Positions 1 to 12,647 of a stretch of 64,000 nt of DNA are shown piece after piece. The number at the start of each line of letters is the position of its first letter. Position 1 is the stretch's first letter. Under the pieces are notes generated by a model. That model had not been told where the DNA came from. It saw nothing but the letters and a program-made list of their open reading frames with translations, and searched no databases. The stretch comes from Microthyrium microscopicum (lineage: Eukaryota). Position numbers and translations under genes: made by a program. The stretch is from contig MU004230.1 of NCBI GenBank assembly GCA_010405405.1, forward strand, positions 1,274,627 to 1,338,626. Reading direction: 5' to 3'.

Positions 1-714
1 AGGATGATGAGGCGTAGCGTCGCTTGGGCCTGAATGTTGGGGAAATTATCCACCCCTGAGGCGAGATGCAGTGATGGACCGTTTTGGCTTTTTGCCTTCC
101 CTGTTGGGCGAAGAATATTCGGGGAAATTTAATGCACGTGTGGAGGCTCAGACAAACCCTTGGGTTGCGATTATTTGTGACACATTTTATGATGAACCAG
201 TTTGCGAGGATGAAGTTTAGTAACAATAATGATCGAGGGTCAAACATGAAGTTCTTAGAAGGTGTACTGCCCTTGCATGTTACATGACAGTACAGATATA
301 TCTGGGATATGTATTTTCGGCGATTCATGGCATGATAGTCTTGACGTCTGTGGCTATAAAACTATAAAATGGTTCAGGTGGCAATCACTATTTTATACCA
401 CGTACGGAGCACTCTGTTACCTTTGTGCTACCTATTTCAAAGCCAATCAAGCTTGATTCAGAACATGTCGTAAAGCTGCTCGAAGTCGATTCGGATGACA
501 GGAATTTAATACATGGACACACAGCATATGAAAACTTATACCGAACACCCATGGATTATCCCCACATGTGATCGAAGATGTTTCGAAACAAGTTAATTAT
601 GGCGATGGTTCGTAGATCTCATCGATTTCATTGATGGAAAAAAAGTCTAAAAGTAATCAAGTAGTCATTGAATCAAGCATGAAGAAACCTTGATATAAGC
701 ATATTCAAAGCCCC

Positions 715-786
715 AAAAAAAACACAAAAAAAAATCTCGAAACACATCATCGAAAACCAACCAAAAAAAATCACACACATCAAAAA
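715..786 (-). terminator. Pol III oligo-T terminator runs downstream of tRNA-iMet
   Basis: Several A5-A9 runs on + (T runs on -) start about 9 nt after the tRNA 3' end. Confidence 0.7.
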
Positions 787-794
787 GGATATTC

Positions 795-866
795 TAGCGA
801 TGAGTGGTTTCGATCCACTGACCTCCGGGTTATGAGCCCGGCGCTCTTCCCCTGAGCTACATCGCT
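795..866 (-). tRNA. Initiator tRNA-Met (CAT), intronless
   Basis: Reverse complement is AGCGATGTAGCTCAGGGGAAGAGCGCCGGGCTCATAACCCGGAGGTCAGTGGATCGAAACCACTCATCGCTA (72 nt). It has an A1:U72 pair, a GGG/CCC anticodon stem, anticodon CAT and an ATCGAAA T-loop (A54/A60), all eukaryotic initiator hallmarks. Confidence 0.97.
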
Positions 867-1771
867 TTAAGCCTAGTGCAAGACCTTTTGGTGATAAATT
901 TGAACTTCAAATTAACACAATTATCCACAAAGCAGATGTCAAAAATTGCTTGATTTGCGAATATATAATGTACCCTGGCTTCTGCCCAAATTCGCCCAGT
1001 CTACCTGCTTTAACGATCTTGATTCTATTTTCACGTTTTGTTTCTAGCCAGCCATCTTTCTACAGTAATAAATCTATAACATAATAATTGGTACTTTCTG
1101 AAAGATCAACTATTCATATCGCGGTCATACTACTTGTCATCACGAACCGATGCAAGCGTTTATATGATGAGAAAATAATGAAGCAATATTTCTGCAGATA
1201 TTGTTCATACATCTGCACATTCAAAATGTTTGGAAAGAGTAACATGGATTATGCTGATAAGATGTGACTCAGAGATAGAAATTGCTGCGCTTGCCCGTTG
1301 GCTATTTCGGCAGGGTGAGGTATTATGCCTGGGACCGCGGGTAATTAATCTATTACCCGACCACGTTCTAACTTCCTACTATCAACTTCACCTCCAACGA
1401 TAAAGACTTGCCGACCAAATGTCTTATTTTGTTCAGAAACCTCAAGCTGTTGTACTGGTTGTTGAGCCTGTCGGAAGTGTAAAGTACACGCATCCAAGAC
1501 CAACAATGTTAGACTAGCAGATAACTTTCCAAGGTTGAAGAACATCATGAATGGTATTGGGGAGAAGTCGGTATAGCCGCAACTCTAAATAGACACTATT
1601 GACACAAATAATCATCAAAGCTCGAGGTATGTTCTCACAGGAAGAAATACCAAACAAGCAAATGATCCAAAAAACTCCTGACAATGAACCCTGAATGCAC
1701 ATCTGGACTACTAATACACTAGATCCGCTCTCCCATAGCAGGGTAACGATATCAGCACCCCTTTTGGAGCA

Positions 1772-2991
1772 TTACATTACAATGTTCTCAATGCAACCAA
1801 AATTCTGGTCGACACCAGCTGGCTTCCACATATCATTTCCGAAGCTGAAGATGACAGTCTTGTCACCGACCTTGTTGATAATATCGGCAATGGCAGCGTT
1901 CTGAGCTTCTGGGCTAGCGACTGAAGCACCGTTGGATGGACCACCCATAGGCCAGCCAGATTCCAAGTTGTAGGCAGTCTTTCCGGGGCAGAATCCGGAC
2001 ACCTGGTCAAGTTGGCTCTTGGCAAAGTCTCCAGCGTTAGCGGCAATGACGGATCCATCGAAAAAGGTCTCAATGTTGGCAGCAACAATGTCAACAACGG
2101 GGCATAGAACACCCTTGTTGGCACCAAGAACGCTGACGACTTCAGTGGTGGTGACTGGAATGCTTCCCTGGCCGGCGGCGGTGAGAGCAGACTTTGCGCT
2201 GCTGACGAATGCGGCGAGGGATGGGCCGTCACAGAAACCGCTGGAGATGGCCTCGTTACCGACGACAAGCATGACGACGAGATCCCAGTTTCCGGCATTA
2301 CCCCAGGTCACGATCTGAGGGATTTGAGATTGAGCGGCAGCGATTCCGTCAGCCTTGATGAAGACTCCGAGAATGAGCTTTAGGCCAACAGTCCTGGCGG
2401 CAGCTCCAACAGTGTCGAGGGTATCGCAGTCAGTTCCGTAAACGCGGACGGTGGTGAATCCTTTGCCCTTGATGGTGGTAAGATCTGAGAGCACTTGGCC
2501 TGCCGAGAGGCAGGATCCGTCGGCGGTGGAGTATGGCGTATATGTGAAGCCCCACTTTTGACCATTGGCAACGATTCCGCCGGTTGAAGCTGGTGCGGAT
2601 GAAGCGGCCGGGGCAGCAGCGGATGATGGAGCAGCAGCTGATGGAGCAGGCGCTGGAGCAGAATATGGTGCTTGTGCATTTACGACGGGAGCAACTGGAG
2701 TTGAAACAGCGACTGCAGTTACGCTGATAACATTGACTTCGGTGCTGGTCAATGAAACGGTAGTGGTTGGTGCAGCTTCTGCGAGTCGAATTAGCCTTCC
2801 TCATCCTATTGAGGCGCATGCAAAGTGTCTCTACCATCTTCATAAACAGTGACCGTCACCACCTTTTTGCAGCATCCAGGCGCGAGTTCTCTTGGGATGA
2901 GATCCTTCTTTTGATGGAAATCGGCATGTCTGGCATGCAAGGAGAGGGCACCTCCGACGAGGGAGCCCAGGACGACTAGCGTAGATTTCAT
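1772..2991 (-). CDS. Secreted GH17 cell-wall beta-glucanase/transglucosylase (Scw11/BtgE-like), 2 exons
   Basis: Signal peptide MKSTLVVLGSLVGGALSLHA. Predicted intron 2779-2834 (GTAGAG..GCTAAT..CAG) joins the frames as YED/EAAPT. A Ser/Ala/Pro linker precedes the GH17 motifs VRVYGTDC, VVGNEA and ESGWP. Confidence 0.9.
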
Positions 2992-4818
2992 GGCGAGAGT
3001 AAACAACAGTGAACTAGCACTTGCGGGAATAGATGGTTTGGCCTAGGAAGGACGAAAGGAATGAATGTAGGACCGCTGAACGAGTGAAGCGATCTGGAAA
3101 GCACAAAGACAAAGCTGGAGTGAGATGTGAAAACGGTAGTTCGGAAGGAAGGAGTGTTGGAAAGATGGAGAGAAGGGTGAAGGATATTCGAAAGCGGAAA
3201 CAAGGCGCATGCTCTGGAAGCGGACGCGCCAAAGAGTCGCCAACGATTCCCGCCAACGAGTGGTGAGCGGGCTGGGACGACTCTTGGGCGAATTGGTTGT
3301 GCCAACTGCCAATGCTTGTCCATGACTGCGGCGCCACAGCGGTCGGTTTTTAGGCACTTGGCTGTGATGGCTGGCTCAGGGGTACACGCTGATTTGACGG
3401 TTGTCGTGTGAGTGCAGATTTGGCTCTTTATCGCGTAGCGCTCATCTTACTGTCGCTTGCTAAAGCCTAGCCTTGTAGCCGTTGATATCGGCGGCCTGAA
3501 CATGCGTGTTCTTCTCGCAATCTGGTGAACCATTTCATAATCAAAGTAACAGCAATTGTAAATAATCACAGCATATGGTTGCATTCCTGATGCTGATGGG
3601 AGAGGCTGGAGCGAGGATCAGAGCCTCTCCAGGGGCGGACGTTGCCGCATATGCACGGAACCAGGTACAAAGGGGGTTTTACCAGCTAGGCCGGATGAGG
3701 CAGGTATTCGTTATATACTTGCGAAGATCTTGCTTACAGTATTCTTTCGATGCGTTCAATTGGAATGAAGGTCTGAGAATATTACAGAACGAGCTTTGTA
3801 AGACTGTACCTGCATACAACACCAGGGGAGGGTGGTCAATGGTCCAACACGAACTCCCTTAATTTGACCGCACAGACTGTCCAACATCCCAAGCACCAAG
3901 CGATTCTCTTGCTCCACAACCTCTCGTTTCATTTGCTGACACCTCAAAGTGGCAGCTCGCTGTTGGATCTCTTGGGAGAGTCGTCATCATCGCCTCGCTG
4001 ACCATTGACAGTCGACCAATTTGACCCTGACTGCATTCCCCAGAACCATTTCGCGCCCACGATGCTTGGAAACTTATGCCAATCTTCCAAACAATCCAAA
4101 CATTGTTTCGTTTCCGAGCCGTCATTAATAGAATGCGCAACGGAAGTTTATCCCTGTGCTGGTGATCTTCGGTCAGGTTGACCGCTGTTCAAGATCTTCA
4201 TTTCCCGTTGCTCATCGTGCCATCCACCCCATCCACAAAAACACTTTTTGTTTTCTTCATTTCCCTAGGGCCAAAAATGCGTTGATCACCTCCATGGGCC
4301 CATTTTTGTTCGTTGCAAATTGAAATGATCCAATCATAACTCTGGCTCGCCGCCGGCCGATGTGCCTTGTGGCGTAGTTTCGTCGACACTGACAGCGCCG
4401 GGAGATCTCCAAGATCTTGTTTCTCAACTTCAAATTGCTCAGCGACCATTTAAAAAACCAGTCGACGACTCCTTGCTATTGGTCGTGATATTGTTACGTA
4501 CATGGACAATAGAACCACGACATTGGTTGTACAACATCCAAATCATGATCGCCATCGCATTAACAATATGCCATTAACAATTGCGCCTATTCTATGTATG
4601 CTATCTCACAGCGATTCGAGTGACAATTACCAAGAATAGGCATTTCAGTAGGTACGAGTGGAAAGGGCACAATTTTTATGCCTAACAGCCCACATTTCTG
4701 CTACTATTCACGGAAAAGTATTTCTCGATCCGCATCACATTTGCCTATAACTTGATTGAATATCAGACCTCTACGGCTTAACATACTCGAACATAATATA
4801 CATCACCACGGAGCACTA

Positions 4819-6229
4819 CTACTTTCTCTCCCCATCTACAGCCCAGGTGAGAATGAACATTCCCATAACATCTGCATTGCCCATCTACACGCAATCGTTA
4901 GTTGTTGTTTCATAAGTGGTGGGTATACTACTTACTGCATTATGCTCAGCGCCGCTTCGTCTACTCTGCTATTAGCAAGTTGCGCAAAAGTCTCATCAGC
5001 ATCAACTTACAGTGGGTGCTTTGCAAGATCATACACCGATTTCATGGTTAAAGTATCACCCTTCTTCACAGGAATCGCCTCTGGACAAGACGGCATCCCA
5101 GCGATGGACTCGAATCCATTTGCCTTTGTATAAATAGGCGCAGATACACAGACCTCTTTATCGTTGATAAGCAGAATCATACGCTCTCCTCCAATATGCA
5201 TGTGACCCTCTGTCACGCCAATATTAGCAATCCGCGATACCTGTCATGCGTGTACGAAGACTCACTGGCCGAAATAATCTTCCCATCCACAAGAATCGGG
5301 ATCTTGCGCCCAGTTGTCTCTGCAGGCCCAGTCTGGTTCAATGCAATCGCATTTCCTCCGCCGATCCCACCACATCCACCAACACTCAGCAGCGTTGACA
5401 CCGCATCAGATCCCACATGTCCGTCTACATACTCGATATCAAATGTCACATACACTTTGCGTGTGTCCGCATTGTAGTTGACCAGATCAGCCTGTAGCGC
5501 AAACGAGTCGTTGCTGCCTACAAAGAACCCGCTTGGGTACGCGCCGTCTTCGGAGGTGAAGTAGAATGGCGTGCTGTTATCGTCTCCCTGCGAGAAGAGC
5601 TCTGCACCGAGCAAGTCCAGCAAGTTGGTTTGCGTGGTATTCGTGCTGCCGACACACTTGGCGACAGGTTTGAGTGCTTTTTTGGAAATGTCGTGGGAGA
5701 GAATGTGGTGGATGTACACGCCTTGTGCTGGGCCAGCGGGGCTTCCATCTTCGAAGAGTAGGCCGGGCTTGCCGGCGAGGATGGTGCAGTTGGAGCACAT
5801 GCCATCGGATGTTAGTTCGATGAAAGCTTGGCCATTGGGATCAAGGGAGTTGATGAGTTTCTTGGGTTTGGGTTGCTGGTGATGTGTGAGTTACGATGCA
5901 GTTGTTGTTTACATTTATAGTCTTACCCCTTTTCCAGTAAGTGTGTATGGACCGAATTTGGCGATATGTCTCTTTGCGCCTTGTCGGACTTGGGGTTTGA
6001 GTGGTTCAGATACTGCAAAGTGTGCTTTCGGGAGGACCTTGATGAGCGCTGCTGTTGCATCGCCACCACTGCCTTTAAGATCTAGTTGGCCAACGATTCC
6101 AGCGAAAGGACTTTGGCCTGGAAGCTTAGGAGGAGCAGGGCCTGAGTGGTCATGTTGTGGAGCTCTTCGACCTACAGTACCCGCTTGGGCAATACCAAGG
6201 GGAAGAAGTAAAAGTGAGATATGCTTCAT
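4819..6229 (-). CDS. Secreted protein with HH / HxH / M motifs (PHM/SURNod19-like, putative copper-binding), 5 exons
   Basis: Signal peptide MKHISLLLLPLGIAQA. Manual splicing over 4 GT-AG introns gives ..SLDPNGQAF..MCSNCTIL..YIHHIL..KGHMHIGG..HPLRSGAEHNAMGNADVMGMFILTWAVDGERK*. The gene model is well supported; the family call is inference. Confidence 0.75.
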
Positions 6230-7535
6230 GATCAAACGAGTGTGTAGAAATATGGCTTCAAGACCTGAGTCGGACTGAACTATTTTTGTTCTCTCGATAT
6301 CATGGCAAGCGTTGTATATATACTACGGATAGCCGCGGACTTTACGCTGAGGATTTGCTGTGATGTTGAGATGACTATAGTACAAACCTGCGAATTCCGT
6401 TGGATTTTGCGCCGGATCGACGCCGGAACCGGGCAAAAAGAGATCATTAGATTGATTTAGGTTGAAAGCTCGAAACTTCTAATATAGTTATATTGAATTG
6501 CAGAAGTGAAGCAGTGGTTATACCTTGGCCAGGGCTGTGGGACGTTGATATTAGACTGGGGACCCTATATTACCCAAGCCACAATGACAGATCAATCGAA
6601 CAAAGTACCAGCTTTGACAGATAGGGTGTACGGTATACCAAGATACTAAAAGCTATAAGATATCCTGCTTGGGCAGGCGCATTTCTACCTAAGGGTTTGT
6701 CTCTGAACGAAGATACAAAATTTCGACTACCACATCGAAGAAAGAAAACAATGCAATAAGCGTAATCTCGTAGCCTAATCGGCACGCTTTAAGTAACCTC
6801 TATAAGACTTTGGCGTTACAGGGATGATATAGGTCGCCTCTTGAGAATCGGTCTGACCATTGACCCGGAATATTTCACCACTCTGTTTCTACTTGAACAA
6901 CTACTTTCTTTTCTAATTCTAGGGGAAATATCAGAGAGATGAAAGGAATGACTTTCATTGAACGACAGGTACATATTGATCGAGTTTCAATAATCATCAA
7001 CCACCAGATTTGAAAGTGATACTCTGATTTCGGTATTGGCTTTCATTTCGGCGCCGAGAAAGAATATCAAACCTTTGTCGACTAAAACTTCTGCTCGATT
7101 GTCTTTGTTAAGATAGCATATTGATCCAGTGAACAGATTCAATCAGGGAGTGAAGAGTCCAGGGAGGCAGATATCGCCGGCAATTACTTACCGGTCCACT
7201 CGTATCTCGGGTAGATTGGAATTTCTGTAATTCCAGCAATCAGAAGAATAATCTTCATATGTTCTCGAGGCATAAGGAATAGAGTAACTTGTTTTTAAAG
7301 TGTGGTGAAGATATACAATGCTCTCAAGACAACATAAATTGTCAGTCACTGCACGTTCGATCCAGATGTCTACCACCACGCCAATAAATTCGCGAACAAG
7401 AGGCATAAAGGATGCAAACATAGAGCATACAACAAACTACATAACCAAAAGAATACACCCAATCCTCGCGAACCAACGTCCCGCCTGAAGTACATCATCC
7501 CTTTCAAAACCACGTCAACCTCTTCAGCAACTATC

Positions 7536-10500
7536 CTACAAATACCCCAAACCACCGGCAACCCGCTCCAGGTCTCCTCTCACCACCATCTCTTCTGTTC
7601 CCAATTTTGAAAGCGCCTCAGCGCGTCGCTGCTTCGGCAGCTCGGTCCAGCGTCTCAACATCGTGCCATCCAACACACCCTTAATGCCCATCCGCTCGCT
7701 CTCCACCGCTCGATAGCCACGAGGATTAAGGCCGCAGTGGTGCTCGAGTTGGGCATTGAGGAATGTCTGTAGGCCGTTGAGGCGTAGGTAGATTAGTTCG
7801 TCAACAGGGGTGATGAGTGCTAGCACGCCTGTTTGCGTCACGACGAGGACTTGTTGTGGAAGTACAGGGGGTGGTGCTGTGATATTGGTGGTCCCGTTTG
7901 TGCCGTTGGTGGTGCCGTTGGTGCCATTGGTTTCTGGGACGGGCGTATTGTCGCCGGTGCCATTGGACATTTGATCTTCATCCTCTGATTCTTCATCAAA
8001 ATTGATAGGCGCCGGGGAAGAGGAAGCTGGTGCGTTTGGTAGGCTAGTGCTGGGCAGAAGATGCATGCCGACGGGGAAGTGGCCAGTATGAAAGGTGCAT
8101 TTCTGGATGAGAAGACGACCAGATGCTGATTTAGCGCCTATATGCTGTTAGTGACGTACAAGGGAAATGCAAATCGGAGCTTAAACATACTTTCGGGGTC
8201 GTATTGGAAGACGTGGATGTTTTTGTCGGCGTCAGCAGCAAGGATGTTGAGCTGATTGTCTTGTGGCAGGAATTCGGAGGATATGACTTCCATTCGTGAG
8301 CCTGATCTACCAAAGAGAATCATCTTGTAGGGCTCTTCCTAGAGGGAAGTCAGTTAAATGTATATGGGCTCTCCAGGCCACTTACTGTATATCCAGAGAA
8401 CCAGAGTCCCTTCGCTATATCACCTAGTAGGAATAATCCCGTGCCTTTGAGCACTTTGGATGTCGTGACATAGCACTGAATGTCCATGAAAGCCACCGGC
8501 AACAACTTTTGCTCCTCGATCAGCCCACGAACAAGACACTTTTGTCCCTGGGCGACCAAGAGGAAGCCTTGGGGTCCAATTTGAGCAATAGAAGTTGCTG
8601 CTCCTTTGACGTCTTCTTTTGCCCAAGACTGCAGTTTGAATCCGGTCTCAGGTCTGTTGGGCTCGGGAACAACCTTAACAACGTCCAGGATGTGTATTCG
8701 TCCTGCAGCAGCTTGGTCCTCACCCGTTGCTACAAGACTGCCCACTGCGACGAAACTTCTTCGTTCATGCGTCTTTTCAGAGGTCTCAAGATTAGCCACG
8801 GTCATTGTGAGGGCTATCTCATTAGGATCCAATGCATATCTACAGGTGAGTTAGCAATATGTTCCGGATGAAGGAGGCAGCAAAACTCACGAATCTATGA
8901 TTGCCCACTGTCCTGGATGCACAAGCTTGACTGATCCTCGATCAGTGACAGGTAGAAACTCGGTGTCTGATACGATTTAGCAGGTATAAAAAGTTTGGCT
9001 TGAAGTTTCAAACCTTCGTTCAACCACTCTTTGTGGTTATCATCCTCAGGCAACTTGAACTCGGCCTTTTCCGTCGTAGTAAGCGCATAGAGATCGTGCT
9101 TCTCAAGATAAGCTACGTGCGTAATCTCTTGGTTAACCCTTATGCGTTTGGTAGGCCAGCCAGTATCTCCGTATCTGCTTCCTGGCTGCAAACGACATAT
9201 TCGTAAAGTCCCCTAAAGGTCTTATTAGCAATGTAATTGGTGAATAACAAGCTACTTACCATATCATCGATGGATACAAACCCACGATCGCACTCTTCCG
9301 TGTGAAATGACTCCATACTATTGATAGCATGTCCACGAATTTTAATCACTCTCGCAAGACTTGATGCTTCCTTCAAGATGAAGCTACGAGCTGATCCAAT
9401 TTGGAATACAGTACTATAGCCATCAATATTCTGAAGTCGCCGAAGCACTGAGCCTTTTTGTGCTGTTTTTGCCTCTTGTCCATATATATCTGCAACTCTT
9501 GAAAGATTTGGTTGAGAGATCTTCTTCCAACGAATGTTGTGAAAGAACGGGCTATTCTTGGGCGGAATCGGATAGTAGTATGGCTGGTAGATGACTAGAT
9601 CGTCCTCTGATGTTCGGAGCTACAAACGTTAGGTTCTGAGAAGCTTCGCTGATCGAAAACACGTACAATTATATGGGGTGATTTTGTTGTTACATCCCCA
9701 ATGTCCGCAACTAACACTTCGACAAGAGTCTCCTTTGCTGCGAATCGTCGCTTGACAAAGTCATCTCCAATCTGACCAGGAAGATATTGAAAAGCAGGGG
9801 TCGTGTATATGGGCTTGTTTAGATTTGGTAGTTCAAAGACCTGAAAAGAAATTAGAATGATTGCACGTTCTAAAGTTGAGTTCCATTACCTCTAGTGAAC
9901 CCTCGGAAGACATTAAGAAAGCGTATACTTTGGAGTCTACACTGGAAGGACGATATAGACAACCAGACATCCAAGCACGTTCTTGCAGTTGCTTTCCTCG
10001 GTCCATTTCTTCTATATCACCTGAACTAGTCGCTTCGAAGATGGTGATACTCGAGTCACCTCGAAGGAGAAGCATATAAGGATCGCAAAAACTGACAGCA
10101 ATGACTGTGAGATCAGCATCTGTCTCCTCATCAACCACGGGAATGATCTGCTCAAGGCCAAAATCTGCACCAAAGACTGTTAGCGGGATGTTCCATCACT
10201 AAAGCAGAAAATAGGAGCAAGGGTAATGTGATTGATGTTGTTAAAAAGAATTTGTATTCGCTTATAGCACATCAAAGTGTTTCTAGAATTGCATGTTTGG
10301 CTTTTGTTCGCTCCATTGCCTTTTGCAGTATAACATTTACGCAAGCTCAACCCATCCCAACTGCCAGGTGCCACATGAGTGGACTCTAATGGGAGAAGCG
10401 AAGATACTCTTTTACGTGGGAGAAAGGATCGGAGAGGGAAAAGGAGCTGAAAAGCACGCCACTTACCTGAATTGTAACATCGCACCTCACTCGTCTTGAC

Positions 10501-12507
10501 CTGCACAATGCGGGTTCCAGCTGCAAGGTTGCCAATATCTACAGTAGAGCCTTCAGTCTCAAAGTCTCCCTTTTGTGTTTTGTTGAGGCTTCCTTTGTCG
10601 ATGGTATAAAGCCATGAATCACCTCCGGATTCTGCATCGGAAGTTTCGGAAACAATCAAGTACTGATGAAATGTAGAATCTGGTGATAGCAGCTCTGTAT
10701 CCTTGGACCCCTTAGGAATGAGACCCCGGAGAGCCGAGGATTTAGAATGAAATGTCCAGACAGCTTTCATCGAGGACATATCTACTTCTTGAAGAATCAC
10801 AGGATCAATTTCTTGTCCTGATACTGCCAGAGCTCCAGAACGACCACGGCCGTTTGGATAAACAAGTTGTAGCTCAGATATGGTACTACTTGCTGTTTTA
10901 GCTTGGTTGTTAGAGGTTAGTTTGCCAAACGTTACATCCCCTGTAGGACATAGATTGGGAAGTCTGTCATGAACTCGAAATACAATCTCAGAGGGGATAA
11001 TGGGCTCAGCATTTCGACTCGTTGTTCTCGAAATCGTAGCTCCCCCACCATATATATCATCGTCATCTTCAATATCGTTCTCGTCGAAGGATATATCCGA
11101 GTCGTCATTCAACATGTCGGCATGCGATCGCTTTCGAGCTATCTGAGTGGTCTTCCGAGACCAGCCAATGACTAGAGAGTCATTATCTTCACTGCCGATG
11201 AAAATTTTGCCTCGTCCGAGGTTGGAAGAACATGATATTCCAACAGGTGCAATATCGCCACCTTGAGATGTCGATACTCGATGCACACCCAATCCAGCGA
11301 CTGATCTTCCATCCAAGCTAAAGCTAAGGATAGCTAGATCCCCAGAGGTCAGCATAATGAGCATGTCGCCATTTTCACCAAGTGGTTGAATGGAACAGCC
11401 CTCAAGTCTCAACCCGGCACTTGATTGATCAGCCATTGAGAATGATGACGATTGTCTTGCAAACTCGTTGACTGCAACAGCCGTTGTCTTCCCACCCTGG
11501 TCGACGTGAACTATTTCGTTGTAACCGAGAAGTAGAGCACCACCGACAGGTAATGGAAGTGGCACTATCTTCCAAAGATCTGATGGAAGACGGGTGACAG
11601 AAAGAATTGTAGTAGAAGCTTGCTGCTCTAGATCCAGAGTGAACACCTTGTAGCAGAGCATATCTCTTCTTTCTACAGTCATGGCTGAGGACACGGCACG
11701 CGATGAGTAGAGCACGCAGCATGTGGGTTCGCGGTACTCGTGTAGAAAAGCCATATGGACTGGGAATATTATTGCTGGGTCCATTTCAGTCAAGGACAAA
11801 ACAAATGAGGGCCCATAAGGCGTATGCGTAGTCAGCAAGTCGCCATTGGTTTGAGTCTTGTCTTTGATTGGCCTATCAGCAGGATCATCAAGGTCGGGGT
11901 CGAAATCATCGTCTGCGTCGTCTTCTGGTTGTCGGAATGGAATAATGGCGATATGGCGCGGGCCAAACCGCATGATGGCACACCGATTGCGTGGCTCAAC
12001 AGAGAGATAGCATGGACATTGGTTCAAATCTTGAGCCCAAGGTGCATAGGGTAGACCATTCTCAAAATAGTGAATGGAAATGGTAGATATAGAATATCGT
12101 TCGGGGTCCCATTCAACCAAGGCAGCTTTGGTATCACGAAACGCTACTAGCAAAGCATCGCCACCAGATTGTGATTTGATCAGCTTTACTCGAGCGACTG
12201 ATGCAACGGTTCCGGACAGGGGATATTCCGCGACCAAGATGAGCTTGGAGGTGCTCTGGAGCTTCTGTAGAGCAACATCGGAGAAAAAAGCTTGGTCGTT
12301 GGAGGTACCGGCGGTTATATCTTGTGGTAAGGGCTCGAGTCCTTCGCTTGAGTTGGCTTCATCCTGAGTGGTGGTTGTTTTCAGTTCAAAGATTTGAAGC
12401 AGCGATGTTTTTGCGACTAGTAGGTTGTTTGAGCGCGCAGACAAGAATGGAAGAACAATTGCATGAGATACAGCAGTCGGCGGTGCTATTTCGGTATAAC
12501 ACTGCAT
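7536..12507 (-). CDS. CFT1: Cleavage and polyadenylation specificity factor subunit 1 (CPSF160), multi-exon (~8 introns)
   Basis: N-terminus MQCYTEIAPPTAVSHA..NNLLVAKTSLLQIF, then SISTISIHYFE and AFLHEYREPT. C-terminal CPSF_A motifs KEDVKGA, LLPVAFMDIQCYVT and HHCGLNPRGYR are spread over successive minus-strand ORFs. Confidence 0.96.
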
Positions 12508-12647
12508 GGCGCAAGATGCGGTCAGAAGTCATGGGCGATGAACCGGTTTTGCGACAAATTGAAAGCGAGAAGATTAGCGGAAGAGGAATCGAAGTCGCGA
12601 GAGCGGTAGTTGCATTGGAGCACAAAAGCGCGCCTCCAGCTTGAGAT

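Noticed and set aside
84..1702. Short ORFs around the tRNA
   Set aside because: No recognisable motif or consistent splice structure; probably intergenic or UTR.
3014..4760. Short overlapping ORFs upstream of the GH17 gene
   Set aside because: Consistent with a pyrimidine-rich 5' UTR and promoter; no coding signature.
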